A DNA stretch of 64,000 nt from Gemmatimonadota bacterium (GCA_039589315.1 JBDHHQ010000002.1:61018-125017); one strand, 5' to 3'. Positions 53,752-64,000 are shown, counted from the stretch's first letter. Made by a program: numbers and translations. Notes: generated from the letters alone by a model not told the origin.

Positions 53752-55664
53752 TACTTGTAGCTCCTCTGGGAGAGAGGCACGTGCTCGAACTGGAGCCTTT
53801 CCTTGTGGAGCGCCGGCTTCTCGCCCACGCCCTGGAACTCCCAGACCGATACGAAGGCGAACCGGTCATCGTCGCGGCGCGCTTCGCCCTCCTCCGTCGT
53901 GTGCTCCACCCGGTAGTGGGCTCCGCAGGACTCGTCCCGAGCGAGAGCGTCCTGGCACATGAGCTCGGCGAACTCCATGAAGTCGGCCAGCCGACCGGCC
54001 TTCTCCAGCGACTGGTTGAGTGTGTCGCCGCTGCCCGGCACGCGGACGTCCTTCCAGAACTCCTCCCGGAGCTCGGGAATGCGGGTCAACGCCTCCGTCA
54101 GGCCGTCGCGGCTCCGGGCCATGCCGCAATGCTCCCACATCAGGCGGCCCAGCTCCTGGTGGAACGAATCCACCGTTCTGGCGCCATTCGCGCCCATGAG
54201 GCGGTCGTTGCGCTCCTTCACCTCCCGCTCCACGTCGGCGAACGCCGCGTGGGTATGATCGATGCGGTCGGCGGACAGGCGGGCCAGGTAGTTGCCGATC
54301 GTCAGGGGGATCACGAAGTAGCCGTCGGCCAGACCTTGCATCAGGGCGGACGCACCCAACCGGTTGGCCCCGTGGTCGCTGAAGTTGGCTTCACCGATGA
54401 CGAACAGGCCAGGCAGCGTGCTCATGAGGTCGTAATCCACCCAGAGTCCGCCCATGGTGTAGTGGGGCGCCGGGTAGATGCGCATGGGTGTGCGATACGG
54501 GTCCTCCCCGGTGATCTTCTCGTACATGGCGAAGAGGTTGCCGTAGCGCTCCGAGATCGCCTCCTGGCCCAGGCGACCGATGGCGTCCGCGAAGTCGAGG
54601 TAGACGCCGTTCTTCAGGGGGCCGACCCCGTGTCCGGCATCGACCATCTCCTTGGCCCGCCGGGACGCGATGTCCCGGGGAGAGAGGTTGCCGAAGCTGG
54701 GGTAGAAGCGCTCCAGGTAGTAGTCGCGCTCGCCCTCGGGGATCTGGGTGCCCGGACGGCTGTCGCCGGCTGCGGCCGGCACCCAGATCCGTCCGTCGTT
54801 CCGGAGCGACTCGCTCATCAGGGTGAGCTTCGACTGGAACTCCCCGCTGGGAGGGATGCAGGTTGGGTGGATCTGGGTGAAGGACGGGTTCGCGAAACCG
54901 GCGCCTCGTTTGTGGGCCCGCCACGTCGCCGTGACGTTGCACGCCTTCGCCATCGTCGAGAGGAAGAACACGTTGGCATAGCCGCCGGTGGCCAGCACCA
55001 CCGCATCGCCGGCCCACGACTCGATCTTCCCGGACACGAGATCGCGCGTGACGACCCCCCGGGCGACCCCGTCCACCACGACCACGTCGAGCATCTCATG
55101 GCGCGTGTAGAGCGAAACGGCCCCGGCGCCCACCTGGTGCTCCAGCGCCTGGTACGCGCCCAGAAGCAGCTGCTGTCCAGTCTGTCCCCGCGCGTAGAAC
55201 GTTCGGGACACCTGTGCGCCGCCGAACGACCGGTTCGCCAGAAGGCCGCCGTACTCCCGGGCGAAAGGCACGCCCTGGGCCACGGCCTGATCGATGATGT
55301 TCAGGCTGAGCTCGGCCAGCCGGTACACGTTGGGCTCCCGAGACCGGAAGTCCCCGCCCTTGACGGTGTCGTAGAATAGACGGAATACGCTGTCGCCGTC
55401 GTTCTGGTAGTTCTTGGCGGCGTTGATCCCACCCTGGGCGGCGATGCTGTGGGCCCGGCGGGCGGAGTCGTGGAAGGTGAAGACCTTCACCTGGTAGCCC
55501 AGCTCGGCCATCGTGGCGGCAGCCGACGCTCCGGCCAGCCCCGTGCCCACCACGATCACGTCGAATCTCCGCTTGTTCGCCGGATTCACCAGCTTCATCT
55601 CGAAGCGGCGCTTGCTCCACTTCTCCTGAATCGGACCGCTGGGGATGTGGGCGTTGAGCTCCAT
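53751..55664 (-). CDS. sdhA: Succinate dehydrogenase/fumarate reductase flavoprotein subunit
   Basis: [28 protein letters not shown] and HGANRLG. Confidence 0.95.
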   Translation of the reverse strand: MELNAHIPSGPIQEKWSKRRFEMKLVNPANKRRFDVIVVGTGLAGASAAATMAELGYQVKVFTFHDSARRAHSIAAQGGINAAKNYQNDGDSVFRLFYDTVKGGDFRSREPNVYRLAELSLNIIDQAVAQGVPFAREYGGLLANRSFGGAQVSRTFYARGQTGQQLLLGAYQALEHQVGAGAVSLYTRHEMLDVVVVDGVARGVVTRDLVSGKIESWAGDAVVLATGGYANVFFLSTMAKACNVTATWRAHKRGAGFANPSFTQIHPTCIPPSGEFQSKLTLMSESLRNDGRIWVPAAAGDSRPGTQIPEGERDYYLERFYPSFGNLSPRDIASRRAKEMVDAGHGVGPLKNGVYLDFADAIGRLGQEAISERYGNLFAMYEKITGEDPYRTPMRIYPAPHYTMGGLWVDYDLMSTLPGLFVIGEANFSDHGANRLGASALMQGLADGYFVIPLTIGNYLARLSADRIDHTHAAFADVEREVKERNDRLMGANGARTVDSFHQELGRLMWEHCGMARSRDGLTEALTRIPELREEFWKDVRVPGSGDTLNQSLEKAGRLADFMEFAELMCQDALARDESCGAHYRVEHTTEEGEARRDDDRFAFVSVWEFQGVGEKPALHKERLQFEHVPLSQRSYK

Positions 55665-55744
55665 CTATCTGCCTGCCTTGTGGGTGCGGCGGCGGATCAT
55701 GCAGTGGCCGCAGGGAGACGCGTCGAATCGCCGGGCGAGACACC

Positions 55745-56419
55745 TCACGAGATGATCCCCAGCTGGATCGAGATCGGCACGGACGCGAAACCCAGGAAGG
55801 TCACCACGGCGATGACGGCGGCGAGGGGTCGGCGCAGGTGATTGTAGTGGGGACTGCTTGCGCCCAGCGTCTGAAACATGCTCCACACGCCGTGGTGCAG
55901 GTGGAACGCCAGAGCGCCCACCGCGACGATGTACGCCCCGGCCACGACCGGGCTGCGGAAGCCCGTCACCAGGTTGTGATACGCCTCACCGTGCTGGAAA
56001 TCCGGGTGCACCTGACCCGTGGTCATGTGCAGCAGATGGTAGATCACGAACGCCAGAATGATGATCCCGCCCCAACGCATGGTCCGGGAGGCGTAGCTGA
56101 AGACCTGCGAATCGATCTTCCGGTAGCCTACGCCTCGAGCCGCCTGGCTCGTGCGCGTCAGGGTCAAGGCAGCCCAGATGTGGATCCCCACCGCTGCGAG
56201 CAGAGCCAATCGGGTCACCCAGAGGATTCCGTTGTGGGGGACGGCGGGGTAGCCCACCTCCCTCAGGAACTCCGCGTAGGCGTCGAACGACTCCGGGCCA
56301 GCGAAGGCCTTGAGGTTCCCGAACATGTGGGCCAGCACGAAGCCTACCAGGAGGATTCCGGTGAAGGCCATGAGGATCTTAGTCCCCACGGTCGATCGCC
56401 AGATCTTCACACCCGGCAT
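55745..56419 (-). CDS. sdhC: Succinate dehydrogenase cytochrome b subunit (single 5-TM di-heme anchor)
   Basis: AHMFGNL, IHIW, YHLLH and FHLHHG...FQTLG. Confidence 0.92.
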   Translation of the reverse strand: MPGVKIWRSTVGTKILMAFTGILLVGFVLAHMFGNLKAFAGPESFDAYAEFLREVGYPAVPHNGILWVTRLALLAAVGIHIWAALTLTRTSQAARGVGYRKIDSQVFSYASRTMRWGGIIILAFVIYHLLHMTTGQVHPDFQHGEAYHNLVTGFRSPVVAGAYIVAVGALAFHLHHGVWSMFQTLGASSPHYNHLRRPLAAVIAVVTFLGFASVPISIQLGIIS

Positions 56420-56462
56420 TCCATTCTCCCGGTCGGAGGTGGTCGGGGATGACGGGTTGGGA

Positions 56463-57404
56463 TCAGGCTTCCACGGTGGCGAGCGCGCCCATGGTGGCCC
56501 GCACGGCGTCCGCGCTCGCGCTCAGCTCCGCGCGCTCCGAGTCGTTCAGGTCCACCTCCACGATTTCCTGGAGCCCGCCCTCGCCCAGCTTGCAGGGCAC
56601 GCCCAGGAAGACCCCCTGCTGACCGTATTCACCCTCGAGCCACGCCGCGCACGGCAGGATCCGGCGCTTGTCCCTCACGATGGCCTCGACCATCTGAGTC
56701 GCCGCCGCGGAGGGAGCGTAGAAGGCACTCCCGGTCTTCAGATGGCCCACGATCTCCGCGCCGCCCTTCCGGGTCCGTTCGATCAGCGCCTCGATCCGAT
56801 CGGACGGCAGGAACTGGGCCAGCGGGATGCCGCTCACACTGGTGTAGCTGACCAGCGGCACCATGGTGTCCCCGTGTCCTCCCAGGACCAGAGCCTGGAT
56901 GTCCTCCACGCTCACGTTCAACTCCATGGCAATGAAGGAACGGTAGCGGGCCGTGTCCAGGACGCCTGCCATGCCGATGATGCGCTCACGGGGAAACCCC
57001 GTGGTCTCCATCGCGACGAAGGCCATCACGTCGAGGGGGTTGGAGACCATGATGATGATCGCGTCCGGCGCGACGCGGGCGATTTCGCTGGACACGGAGC
57101 GGACGATGCCGGCGTTGGTCTTGAGCAGGTCGTCCCGCGACATCCCCGGCTTCCTGGCGATCCCAGCGGTCACGACGAAGATGTCGGACCCCGCAGCCGG
57201 CTCGTAGTCATTGGCGCCGATGACCATCGAGTCGAAACGCTCGATGGGTGCGCTCTCCCATTGATCGAGTCCCTTGCCCTGTGGGATGCCCTCGACGATG
57301 TCGATCAGCACGACATCCCGGGCAAGCTCTCTCTCCGCGATCCGCTGGGCGCAGGTGGCACCCACGTGCCCCGCTCCCACCACGGTGATCTTGCTGGCGC
57401 TCAT
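56463..57404 (-). CDS. mdh: Malate dehydrogenase (LDH-like)
   Basis: [23 protein letters not shown] and LGGHGD. Confidence 0.96.
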   Translation of the reverse strand: MSASKITVVGAGHVGATCAQRIAERELARDVVLIDIVEGIPQGKGLDQWESAPIERFDSMVIGANDYEPAAGSDIFVVTAGIARKPGMSRDDLLKTNAGIVRSVSSEIARVAPDAIIIMVSNPLDVMAFVAMETTGFPRERIIGMAGVLDTARYRSFIAMELNVSVEDIQALVLGGHGDTMVPLVSYTSVSGIPLAQFLPSDRIEALIERTRKGGAEIVGHLKTGSAFYAPSAAATQMVEAIVRDKRRILPCAAWLEGEYGQQGVFLGVPCKLGEGGLQEIVEVDLNDSERAELSASADAVRATMGALATVEA

Positions 57405-57449
57405 TTGTCTCGTGGATCAGAAGGAAACCCGGGCCTCTTCGGCGGCCGG

Positions 57450-57478
57450 AACGTACCCGCGGCTCCAAACCGTGTCAA
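57450..57478 (-). promoter_or_regulatory. Sigma-70 promoter of mdh-sdhCAB
   Basis: TTGACA-17 nt-TACGTT on the minus strand, about 45 nt upstream of mdh. Confidence 0.7.
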
Positions 57479-57565
57479 CGCGCAGAATGACCTGCCCGGA
57501 CCCGTGTGGACAGGGTCCGTTCTCCAACCCGCCAGGGAGGGTAAAGTGCCGGTGAGAAAGGCGGT

Positions 57566-58546
57566 TCAGCCGCCGGTTTGGGAGAGGGCCACGAGGCCCG
57601 CCGACCCCGCCGCGCTCCCCTGGACCAGGTCGTGCCGCTCGGGCTTGATGGCCAGGGTCTCCTCGATGAGTGGAGCCAGCGGCTGTCCGGCGCGAAGGGG
57701 GTCCCGCAGGTTGGTCTGGATGGCGCCGAACAGGCAGGGCCGCAGGTGACCATCGGCCGTGAGACGCATGCGGTTGCAGCGGTCGCAGAAGTTGTGGCTC
57801 ATGGGAGTGATGACGCCCACGGTGCCGGGGGCGCCCGGGAACCTGTAGTACGTGGCGGGACCGTTGCCTGTGGGGCCCAGCGCGGGTTCGAGCTCGCCGA
57901 CCTCGCGCACCCGCTGAAGCGCCTCCTCGCACGAGACGAACTGCTCCGCGCTCAATTCCAGATTCGCGGCAGTTGGCATGAGCTCGATGAACCGGACGTG
58001 CCAGGGGCGCTCCCGCGTGATCTCCGCGAAGTCGGCGACCTCGTCGTCGTTCTGACCACCGATCAGGACTACGTTGATCTTGATGGGCCCGAAGCCCACG
58101 GCCTCCGCCGCCGCGAGGCCCTCCATGATCCGGGCGTACGAGCCCGGCCGGCGGGCGATGGCATCCACACGCTCACTTCTGAGCGAATCCAGGGAGACGT
58201 TGACCCGATTGATCCCGGCCCGTCGCAAGTCATCCGCCAGGTCGGCCAGGAGCACCGCGTTGGTAGAGAGCGAGAGGTCCTCGATCCCCTCGACCCGCGC
58301 TACCATCTCCACCAGCCGCGGCAGGTCGCGGCGCACCAGCGGCTCACCCCCCGTGAAACGAACCCTGCGGAGACCCAACGGCGCCATGACACCGACGATG
58401 TGGGCGATCTCCTCGTAGGTGAGCAACTCGTCGCGCTTCAGCCAGGGAAGCCCCTCTACCGGCATGCAGTAGACGCACCGGAGATTGCACTTGTCGGTGA
58501 TCGAGACGCGGAGGTACTCGATGCGGCGCCCGAATTGGTCGATCAA
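57566..58546 (-). CDS. moaA: GTP 3',8-cyclase (radical SAM)
   Basis: YLRVSITDKCNLRCVYC, FTGGEP, FCDRCNRMR...CL and C-terminal GG. Confidence 0.96.
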   Translation of the reverse strand: MIDQFGRRIEYLRVSITDKCNLRCVYCMPVEGLPWLKRDELLTYEEIAHIVGVMAPLGLRRVRFTGGEPLVRRDLPRLVEMVARVEGIEDLSLSTNAVLLADLADDLRRAGINRVNVSLDSLRSERVDAIARRPGSYARIMEGLAAAEAVGFGPIKINVVLIGGQNDDEVADFAEITRERPWHVRFIELMPTAANLELSAEQFVSCEEALQRVREVGELEPALGPTGNGPATYYRFPGAPGTVGVITPMSHNFCDRCNRMRLTADGHLRPCLFGAIQTNLRDPLRAGQPLAPLIEETLAIKPERHDLVQGSAAGSAGLVALSQTGG

Positions 58547-59055
58547 GCCATCCCCCCCTTCCCCCGTTCCGCACCGGCGGACCCGGGACGACCGTCGCTC
58601 GGCGGCTCACTCATGTTCGCCTTCTCCTCGACCGGTCGGGGCGTCTGTCCCCGAACCCAGGAACGTTCGCCGTCCGTGTAGTGCTCTCGCTTCCACACCG
58701 GGAGACGCTTCTTGATCTCCTCGATGGCGTAGCGGGACGCGTCGTACGCCTGCGCACGGTGGGGGCTCGAAACCGCGATCGCAACGCTCACCTCGCCAAC
58801 GGCCAGGCTGCCGATCCGGTGCACCACGGCAACCCGATCGGTGCCGAGCGCCGTCGCGGCCTCCTCCGCGATGGCTCTGAGAACCTCGCTGGCCATCTCT
58901 TCATACGCCTCGTACTCCATGCCGTCGACGGTCCGCCCGTCGTTGTGATTCCGCACCGTGCCCAGGAACAGCAACACCGCGCCGTCGTGGGATCCGCCTA
59001 CGCTCCTGCGGACCGCGTCGGGATCGATCGGGTCGTGCGTGATCTCGATCAGCAT
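58543..59055 (-). CDS. moaE: Molybdopterin synthase catalytic subunit
   Basis: FLGTVR, YEAYEEMA, HRIG, SPHR and PVWKRE. Confidence 0.95.
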   Translation of the reverse strand: MLIEITHDPIDPDAVRRSVGGSHDGAVLLFLGTVRNHNDGRTVDGMEYEAYEEMASEVLRAIAEEAATALGTDRVAVVHRIGSLAVGEVSVAIAVSSPHRAQAYDASRYAIEEIKKRLPVWKREHYTDGERSWVRGQTPRPVEEKANMSEPPSDGRPGSAGAERGKGGMA

Positions 59056-59103
59056 AGCCGGACCGATGATTCAGGAGTCATGACGCCATGCGCCGGCCAG
59101 TTG

Positions 59104-59349
59104 CTACCCTCCGGCCACTGGCGGGATGAAGGCCACTTCGTCGCCGTCGGTCAGGTGAGCCTCCAGACCGCGGTAGGTCCGGTTGACGGCGACCGCGGGC
59201 GCGACAGGCAGGCCGTCGAACGGTCGTCCGCGCCCTCGGAGGCTCGACACCAGATCGCCCACGGTCGCGCCGTCCGGAAGGTCCACCGTCAGCTCGGTGG
59301 AGCCCAGGAGGTCCCGGTAGAAGGCGAAGAATCGGGTCTGTACCCGCAT
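59104..59349 (-). CDS. moaD: Molybdopterin synthase sulfur carrier
   Basis: MRVQTRFFA...AVN...GDEVAFIPPVAGG. ATG at 59349. Confidence 0.93.
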   Translation of the reverse strand: MRVQTRFFAFYRDLLGSTELTVDLPDGATVGDLVSSLRGRGRPFDGLPVAPAVAVNRTYRGLEAHLTDGDEVAFIPPVAGG

Positions 59350-59593
59350 GGGACTGGACTCCGGAAGGGTGGGGATCGGTCCACAGGTCGTGAGCGGGAC
59401 GGTCGACTGATACACCAACCCCACCGAACGGGTCAACGTTCCAGAGCGCCTCGGCGATTCCGGGAGCGTGCCCGTCCCCGGCCCCAGCCCCACCCCAGAG
59501 CCGTCTCGCGCGCAGGGTCGCCGCAATGAGCAGGCCGCTTCCCCCGCCGGTACCGGCGGGGGCGGCCCGTCGGCGCGCCTGCAGCAGGTGGCT

Positions 59594-60136
59594 TCAGGGC
59601 CAGCTCATCGGACCGGGGTTGCCCGCCAGGTCGTTCTCACCGGGGTTGGCGCCCTGCAGCCGTCTGAGACGCTGCGTCAGCGCCTCTCGCCACTGATAGA
59701 GCTTCACAAGCTGAGCGGGGCCCAGAATCGACAGCAAGGCTTCCTGCTCCTCCCGGAAGAGGCGGGCCTCCCGGTCCCGGAGCTCCGCGGCCTGGTCGAG
59801 AAGCGCCCGCGCCTCCTCATCGGTCAGGTCTTCCCGTCGACCCTCCCGACGCAGGCGCACCTGGAGCTGGCGCATCTCGAGGCTCAACTCGAGGCGCTGA
59901 TCCCGGAAGTCTTGCACCAAGGCCATGAAGCGCAGCTGCTCCTCCGACGACAGCCCCATCTCGTCCCGCATCCGCTGATCGAACTGCTGCCGCACGCGTC
60001 GCTCCAGCTGATGCCGCTCCTGCTGCGTAAGGGGAGCCCGCTGGGAGCGGTTGGGCTGCTGGGCAACCCCCGCCGCCGGCACGAGCATGGCTACCGCAGC
60101 TGCCGTGGCGAGCCGGCGCACTCTCCCGTACCTCAT
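59594..60136 (-). CDS. Periplasmic Spy/CpxP/heavy-metal-sensor-like helical protein
   Basis: Signal peptide, MGLSSEEQ and ILGPAQ (LTxxQ-like) motifs. ATGA-coupled to the anti-sigma gene. Confidence 0.7.
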   Translation of the reverse strand: MRYGRVRRLATAAAVAMLVPAAGVAQQPNRSQRAPLTQQERHQLERRVRQQFDQRMRDEMGLSSEEQLRFMALVQDFRDQRLELSLEMRQLQVRLRREGRREDLTDEEARALLDQAAELRDREARLFREEQEALLSILGPAQLVKLYQWREALTQRLRRLQGANPGENDLAGNPGPMSWP

Positions 60137-60660
60137 CCTCCCAGCTCCTCCAGCAGGATCAAGAGCTGCTCGTCCGACAGCTCCTCCAACACCGGAGCTC
60201 CGGCTACGATGCCGGCATCTTCCGTCCAGACTTCGACCATGAGGGGCGTCTCCAGGTCCAGGTCCAGGTCGGTGAGTGATGGCCCACCTCGCACCTGCGG
60301 CCATATGACGGCCGTGCCAAGCGCCAGCACCACTACGGCCGCAGCGGCCAGGCCCGGACGCTGGAGGGGAGCCCACCACGGAGCTGGCCCACCGCCGCCC
60401 CGGGAGTCTCCGGTGGGCGGCCGGGGAGCAGCACCCGACGACCCCGGCGCGTGACGCAGGGTGTCCTGGATACGGACGGCGAGCTCTTCCGGTGGTTCGG
60501 GGCGACCGCGCCGCAGCGCCTGGAGCACCTCCGCCTCCGCCGCGCACTGGTGGCACGTGGCCAGGTGGGCCTCGACTGCCACCGACTGATTCGGGGGCAG
60601 CGTCCCGCTGCCCCGATCCGGCAACAGAGGTCGCACGGTCTCGCAGGTGAGGTGACTCAT
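60133..60660 (-). CDS. zf-HC2 (ZAS) membrane anti-sigma factor
   Basis: HLATCHQC (HxxxCxxC) motif and one TM helix. Confidence 0.85.
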   Translation of the reverse strand: MSHLTCETVRPLLPDRGSGTLPPNQSVAVEAHLATCHQCAAEAEVLQALRRGRPEPPEELAVRIQDTLRHAPGSSGAAPRPPTGDSRGGGGPAPWWAPLQRPGLAAAAVVVLALGTAVIWPQVRGGPSLTDLDLDLETPLMVEVWTEDAGIVAGAPVLEELSDEQLLILLEELGG

Positions 60661-61238
60661 TCCAGCATCTCCCGCAATCGTCGAATCCCGTGATGGTAGT
60701 TCACCCTCGCCGCACCCTCGCTCGAGTCGATGGCCTGGCCCACCTCACGGAAGGACAGGCCCTCGAACACTCTGAGGATGACGGCCAATCTCTGCTTCTC
60801 CGGCAGACGCGCGAGGCAGGCGCGCGCGCGTGCCAATTCGATGCCCCGGGTCGCCCGCTCCGCCGGGTCGGCGTCCGTCGCAACGAGCGGACCCGAATGC
60901 TCCAGGGACTGTTCCTGACGCCGACCCACCCTTCGGAGCATGCCTCTCGCCTCGTTGACGGTGATCGTCAACAGCCAGGTCAGAAACCGGGCGTCCCCAC
61001 GGAACCCGCTCAAGCCCCGCATGGCCTTCAGGAAGGCCTCCTGAGCCGCGTCCTGCGCCCTGTCCTCGTCGCGGAGGATGCCGAGGGCTGTCCGGTACAC
61101 GGCGGCGTGATGCCGTCGCACCAGCTCATCCATCGCCTCGAGGTCGCCTTTGCGAGCGCGAGTGACGAGGTCGGCGTCCGGGCGGGGCGGCCCCATGGCT
61201 GCGTCCGTCACCGAGAGGTAAGATGCGCGAGCCGCCAT
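60657..61238 (-). CDS. ECF RNA polymerase sigma factor
   Basis: AQDAAQEAFL, FRGDARFLTWL and LPEKQR...GLSFREV. Start may lie a few codons downstream. Confidence 0.92.
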   Translation of the reverse strand: MAARASYLSVTDAAMGPPRPDADLVTRARKGDLEAMDELVRRHHAAVYRTALGILRDEDRAQDAAQEAFLKAMRGLSGFRGDARFLTWLLTITVNEARGMLRRVGRRQEQSLEHSGPLVATDADPAERATRGIELARARACLARLPEKQRLAVILRVFEGLSFREVGQAIDSSEGAARVNYHHGIRRLREMLE

Positions 61239-61245
61239 TTCGTTA

Positions 61246-61284
61246 AAAGAGCGACGCCGTGGACTTGGCCACGGGTCGCTCTTT
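61246..61284. terminator. Hairpin downstream of the HU/IHF gene (bidirectional-looking terminator)
   Basis: aaagagcgac-g-ccgtgg-acttgg-ccacgg-gtcgctcttt, with a T-run on both strands. Confidence 0.55.
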
Positions 61285-61384
61285 CATTGGAGAGAGGGCG
61301 TGCGGCTCTCTCCATCGGCTCGCCGGTGTCGGGGTCCGGTGGCTCAGGCGCGCCCGAGCCCCAGTGCAGCCGGCTGCGGCTGCG

Positions 61385-61675
61385 TCAACTCCCCCTCCGG
61401 GCCACCCGGGCCCGGAGATGCTTGGAGGGCTTGAACACCGGCACGGTTCGAGAGGGAACCTCCACGGGCTCCCCGGTCCGCGGATTCCGCGCCATTCGGG
61501 ACTTCCTGCTCCTCACCTTGAAGGTCCCGAATCCCCTGATCTCGATGTTCTCGCCATCGGCCAGAGCGTGCTTGACGGCATTCAGAAAGCCGTCGACCAC
61601 GAGGGCACAATCCTTCTTGGTGATGCCGGGACCAATGGCCTCAGAAACCTGCTCCACCAGGTCCGCTTTCGTCAT
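61385..61675 (-). CDS. HU/IHF family DNA-binding protein
   Basis: MTKADLVE...IEIRGFGTF...ARNPRTGE...FKPSK. GGGAGG RBS. Confidence 0.95.
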   Translation of the reverse strand: MTKADLVEQVSEAIGPGITKKDCALVVDGFLNAVKHALADGENIEIRGFGTFKVRSRKSRMARNPRTGEPVEVPSRTVPVFKPSKHLRARVARRGS

Positions 61676-61938
61676 CCATCCCTCCCAATTCGAAGAGCCC
61701 GAATATCCAACAGCTTCACGCGTTCGTGGTTGAGCACCCCACGCCAGTGCCGGTGAGACGCCCGCATCTGGCTCAGAACCCGGAGCGGAGCGCCCGAGGC
61801 CGTGCGGGGCAAGCACGGTAATCGGTGCGTCCGGGGAACGTCAAGTCGTGTCAGAACCTAGCCGCCCCATCCCGGGTGTCTGGCGGCCCACTCTCACTCG
61901 TGACCGAATCCCTCGGACCCACCGCACACCCCCGGCCC

Positions 61939-63069
61939 TCAGGCCCCCGCTCTCCGCTCCATGAGACCCATGAACTGATCGAACAGGTATCGGCTGTCGT
62001 GGGGGCCCGGCGCAGCCTCGGGGTGGTACTGCACGGAAAAGACGGGCTGCGTCCGGTGGGCCACGCCTTCCACCGTGCCGTCGTACAGGTTCACGTGTGT
62101 GAGCCGCAAGTCCGGGGCGCCAGGGATCTCGTCGGCCTGGCCACCCTCTACCGCGAAGCCATGGTTCTGCGCCGTGATCTCCACCGTGTTCCGATCCAGA
62201 TGCCGCACCGGGTGGTTCCCGCCGTGGTGCCCAAACGCGAGCTTGAAGGTCCGGGCCCCGAACGCTCGGGAGATCAGCTGGTGACCGAGGCAGATCCCGA
62301 AGATCGGGACGTCACGCTCGGAGAGCTCGAGAATGGCCGCCTCCGCGTTGGCGACCGCGGCGGGATCCCCCGGACCGTTGGAGACGAACATCCCGTCCGG
62401 GGATGCGGAGACGATCTCCGCCGCCGGCGTTTCCGCGGGCAAGACGGTGACCCGGCAGCCTCGCTGCGCCAGGAGCATCGGAGAGTGGGCCTTGACGCCG
62501 AAGTCGAACGCGACGACGTGGAAGCGCTCGGCACCGGTCGCCTCGACCACGTACGGACGCTCCGTCGAGACTCCACAGGCCAAGTCCAGACCTTCCATGC
62601 GCGGATGCGCTCGAATCCGCTCCATGACCTCGTCGGGATCCTCACCTCCCGGGGCGATGGCGGCTCGCATCGCCCCCTCGGAGCGTATGTGCCTGGTGAG
62701 CGCCCGCGTGTCCACATCGCTGATCCCCACGATGCCGTGGGTCTCGAGATAGTCCGCGAGTGAGCCGGTGGCCCGCCAGGAGCTGTGGGCTGGCGTCGCC
62801 TCCCGGATCACGAATCCCGACACCTGGGGGTGCGTGGACTCCTCGTCCTCGTCGTTCACGCCGTAGTTGCCCATGAGCGGGAACGTCATGGTCACCAGCT
62901 GGCCGGCGTACGAGGGGTCGGTGAGGATCTCCTGGTACCCCGTCATGGAGGTGTTGAAGACGACCTCGCCCAGGGCCACACCCGGAGCGCCGTATCGGCG
63001 CCCCTCGAAGCGGCGTCCGTCCTCGAGGAGAAGGTAGGCGGGCTTTTCGCCCGAGAATGCTTGGCTCAA
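61939..63069 (-). CDS. carA: Carbamoyl-phosphate synthase small subunit
   Basis: GEVVFNTSMTGYQE, SNGPGDP, GICLGHQ and QYHPEAAPGPHD. TTG start at 63069 or 63099. Confidence 0.96.
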   Translation of the reverse strand: MSQAFSGEKPAYLLLEDGRRFEGRRYGAPGVALGEVVFNTSMTGYQEILTDPSYAGQLVTMTFPLMGNYGVNDEDEESTHPQVSGFVIREATPAHSSWRATGSLADYLETHGIVGISDVDTRALTRHIRSEGAMRAAIAPGGEDPDEVMERIRAHPRMEGLDLACGVSTERPYVVEATGAERFHVVAFDFGVKAHSPMLLAQRGCRVTVLPAETPAAEIVSASPDGMFVSNGPGDPAAVANAEAAILELSERDVPIFGICLGHQLISRAFGARTFKLAFGHHGGNHPVRHLDRNTVEITAQNHGFAVEGGQADEIPGAPDLRLTHVNLYDGTVEGVAHRTQPVFSVQYHPEAAPGPHDSRYLFDQFMGLMERRAGA

Positions 63070-63279
63070 CGGCTGTGTCCGGCCCGGGCACTGGGGCAAG
63101 GCGGGCCCAGCCCGCCGCGATCGCCGGAATGTAGAGCGCGAGGTCCGGCGGTCAACTCCCCGTGCCCGAACCGTCGCCCGGGCGGGCCGATAACCCCCGG
63201 TGGCGGGGCGCGGAGGGCTCCCGACGGGTTAGCGACCACGCTACCTTTCGACCGCCACGCCACTCTCGACCGCGCTCCC

Positions 63280-63867
63280 ATGTCCGAAGATTCCTCCCGA
63301 GCTCCCACGGTCTACATTCACGCGGACGAGTCGTGCCTCGGCAATCAATTCGAGGCGAGAGCGAATCCCGGCGGGGCGGCCGGACTGGTCGAGCACTGGT
63401 CGGACGGGGCGTGGCTGCGCCGGGACATCTGGGTCTCGGACCCTGACACCACGAACAACCGGATGGCGATCCGAAGCGCCATCGAGTCCCTTCGCGCCCT
63501 CAAGAGAGCCTGCAGGGTGATCTTCGTGTCCGACAGTCAGTACCTGGTGAAGGGCATGGGGGAATGGGTCCCCGGCTGGGAGCGGAGGGGCTGGCGACGA
63601 AAGGGCGGCCCGATCAAGAACCTGGAGCTGTGGCAGACGCTGGACCGCGAGGCGAAGCGCCACGTGATCGACTGGCAGTGGGTCCGCGGTCACGCCGGCC
63701 ATCCCAAGAACGAATACGCCAACGTGCTCGCCGTGCGAGCCGCGAAGGAGCTCACTGATTCCCACGGCTTGCAGCCCTCGGGATTCGAGGCTTGGCTGAA
63801 CGAGCAGCGGGAGACGAAGGGGCAGTACCTGGACTACTTCGAATCCGAGTCCCCGCAAAAGGGCTGA
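63280..63867 (+). CDS. rnhA: Ribonuclease HI with a non-canonical active site
   Basis: SCLGN, TTNNRM, SDSQY, KNLELW and WVRGHAGHPKNE. ATG at 63280. Confidence 0.9.
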   Translation: MSEDSSRAPTVYIHADESCLGNQFEARANPGGAAGLVEHWSDGAWLRRDIWVSDPDTTNNRMAIRSAIESLRALKRACRVIFVSDSQYLVKGMGEWVPGWERRGWRRKGGPIKNLELWQTLDREAKRHVIDWQWVRGHAGHPKNEYANVLAVRAAKELTDSHGLQPSGFEAWLNEQRETKGQYLDYFESESPQKG

Positions 63868-63894
63868 GCCGGGGCTCGGCGAGAATAAACGAAC

Positions 63895-63923
63895 CCCCCG
63901 GCATGGCACGCCATTGCCGGGGG
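63895..63923 (+). terminator. Hairpin downstream of rnhA
   Basis: cccccggca-tgg-cacg-cca-t-tgccggggg followed by atccagtttt. Confidence 0.55.
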
Positions 63924-64000
63924 ATCCAGTTTTCGCTGCCGTCGCTCGATCCGCACCTTGGATTCCGTCTACGTGCAGACAGTCGGCGTCGAGCCACTTC

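Noticed and set aside
63904..63917. TGGCACGCCATTGC as a sigma-54 promoter
   Set aside because: The GG to GC spacing is 9 nt rather than the required 10, and the sequence is explained by the hairpin after rnhA.

Overview
A 64-kb, roughly 70% GC core-chromosome segment. Gene order and protein style point to a Gemmatimonadota-like diderm bacterium (inference). Most genes are on the minus strand. In coordinate order it holds: a cell-envelope glycosylation cluster (flippase-like protein, two GT4, two YfhO/GT-C paralogs, methyltransferase, wecB, GT2); rpoN-lptB-lptA-like-lptC-pyrG-kdsB; a trpG/pabA-type amidotransferase; a DPP-IV peptidase; a zinc-ribbon protein; a degenerate DUF885 protein; fused nadE; ctpA; xerD-dedA-ispF-fabF-acpP-fabG-fabD-fabH-plsX-rpmF-yceD; ndk; a PTS-IIA-like/CBS protein; sucDC; UPF0182; PMM/PGM; dcd; two FKBP lipoproteins; an amidohydrolase; a GT-C-like membrane protein; a RimK-like ATP-grasp gene; sdhBAC-mdh; moaAED; an ECF sigma/ZAS/Spy-like module; HU/IHF; carA; and rnhA. 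I saw no rRNA, tRNA, CRISPR array or intact transposase. The best new signal is a 28-codon poly-cysteine leader ORF (MTDSGLAICCCRCCRPHPSEGRETSGYR, 52818-52904, missing from the ORF track) followed by a GC-rich hairpin. Together they look like a cysteine-sensing ribosome-mediated attenuator controlling the ATP-grasp ligase. Other notable signals: an RNase HI with a rearranged active site, a 165-bp TIR-bounded palindromic element at the xerD stop codon, an extended LptB and a giant repeat-bearing LptA-like protein in an operon lacking kdsA/C/D, and several apparent pseudo-enzymes.
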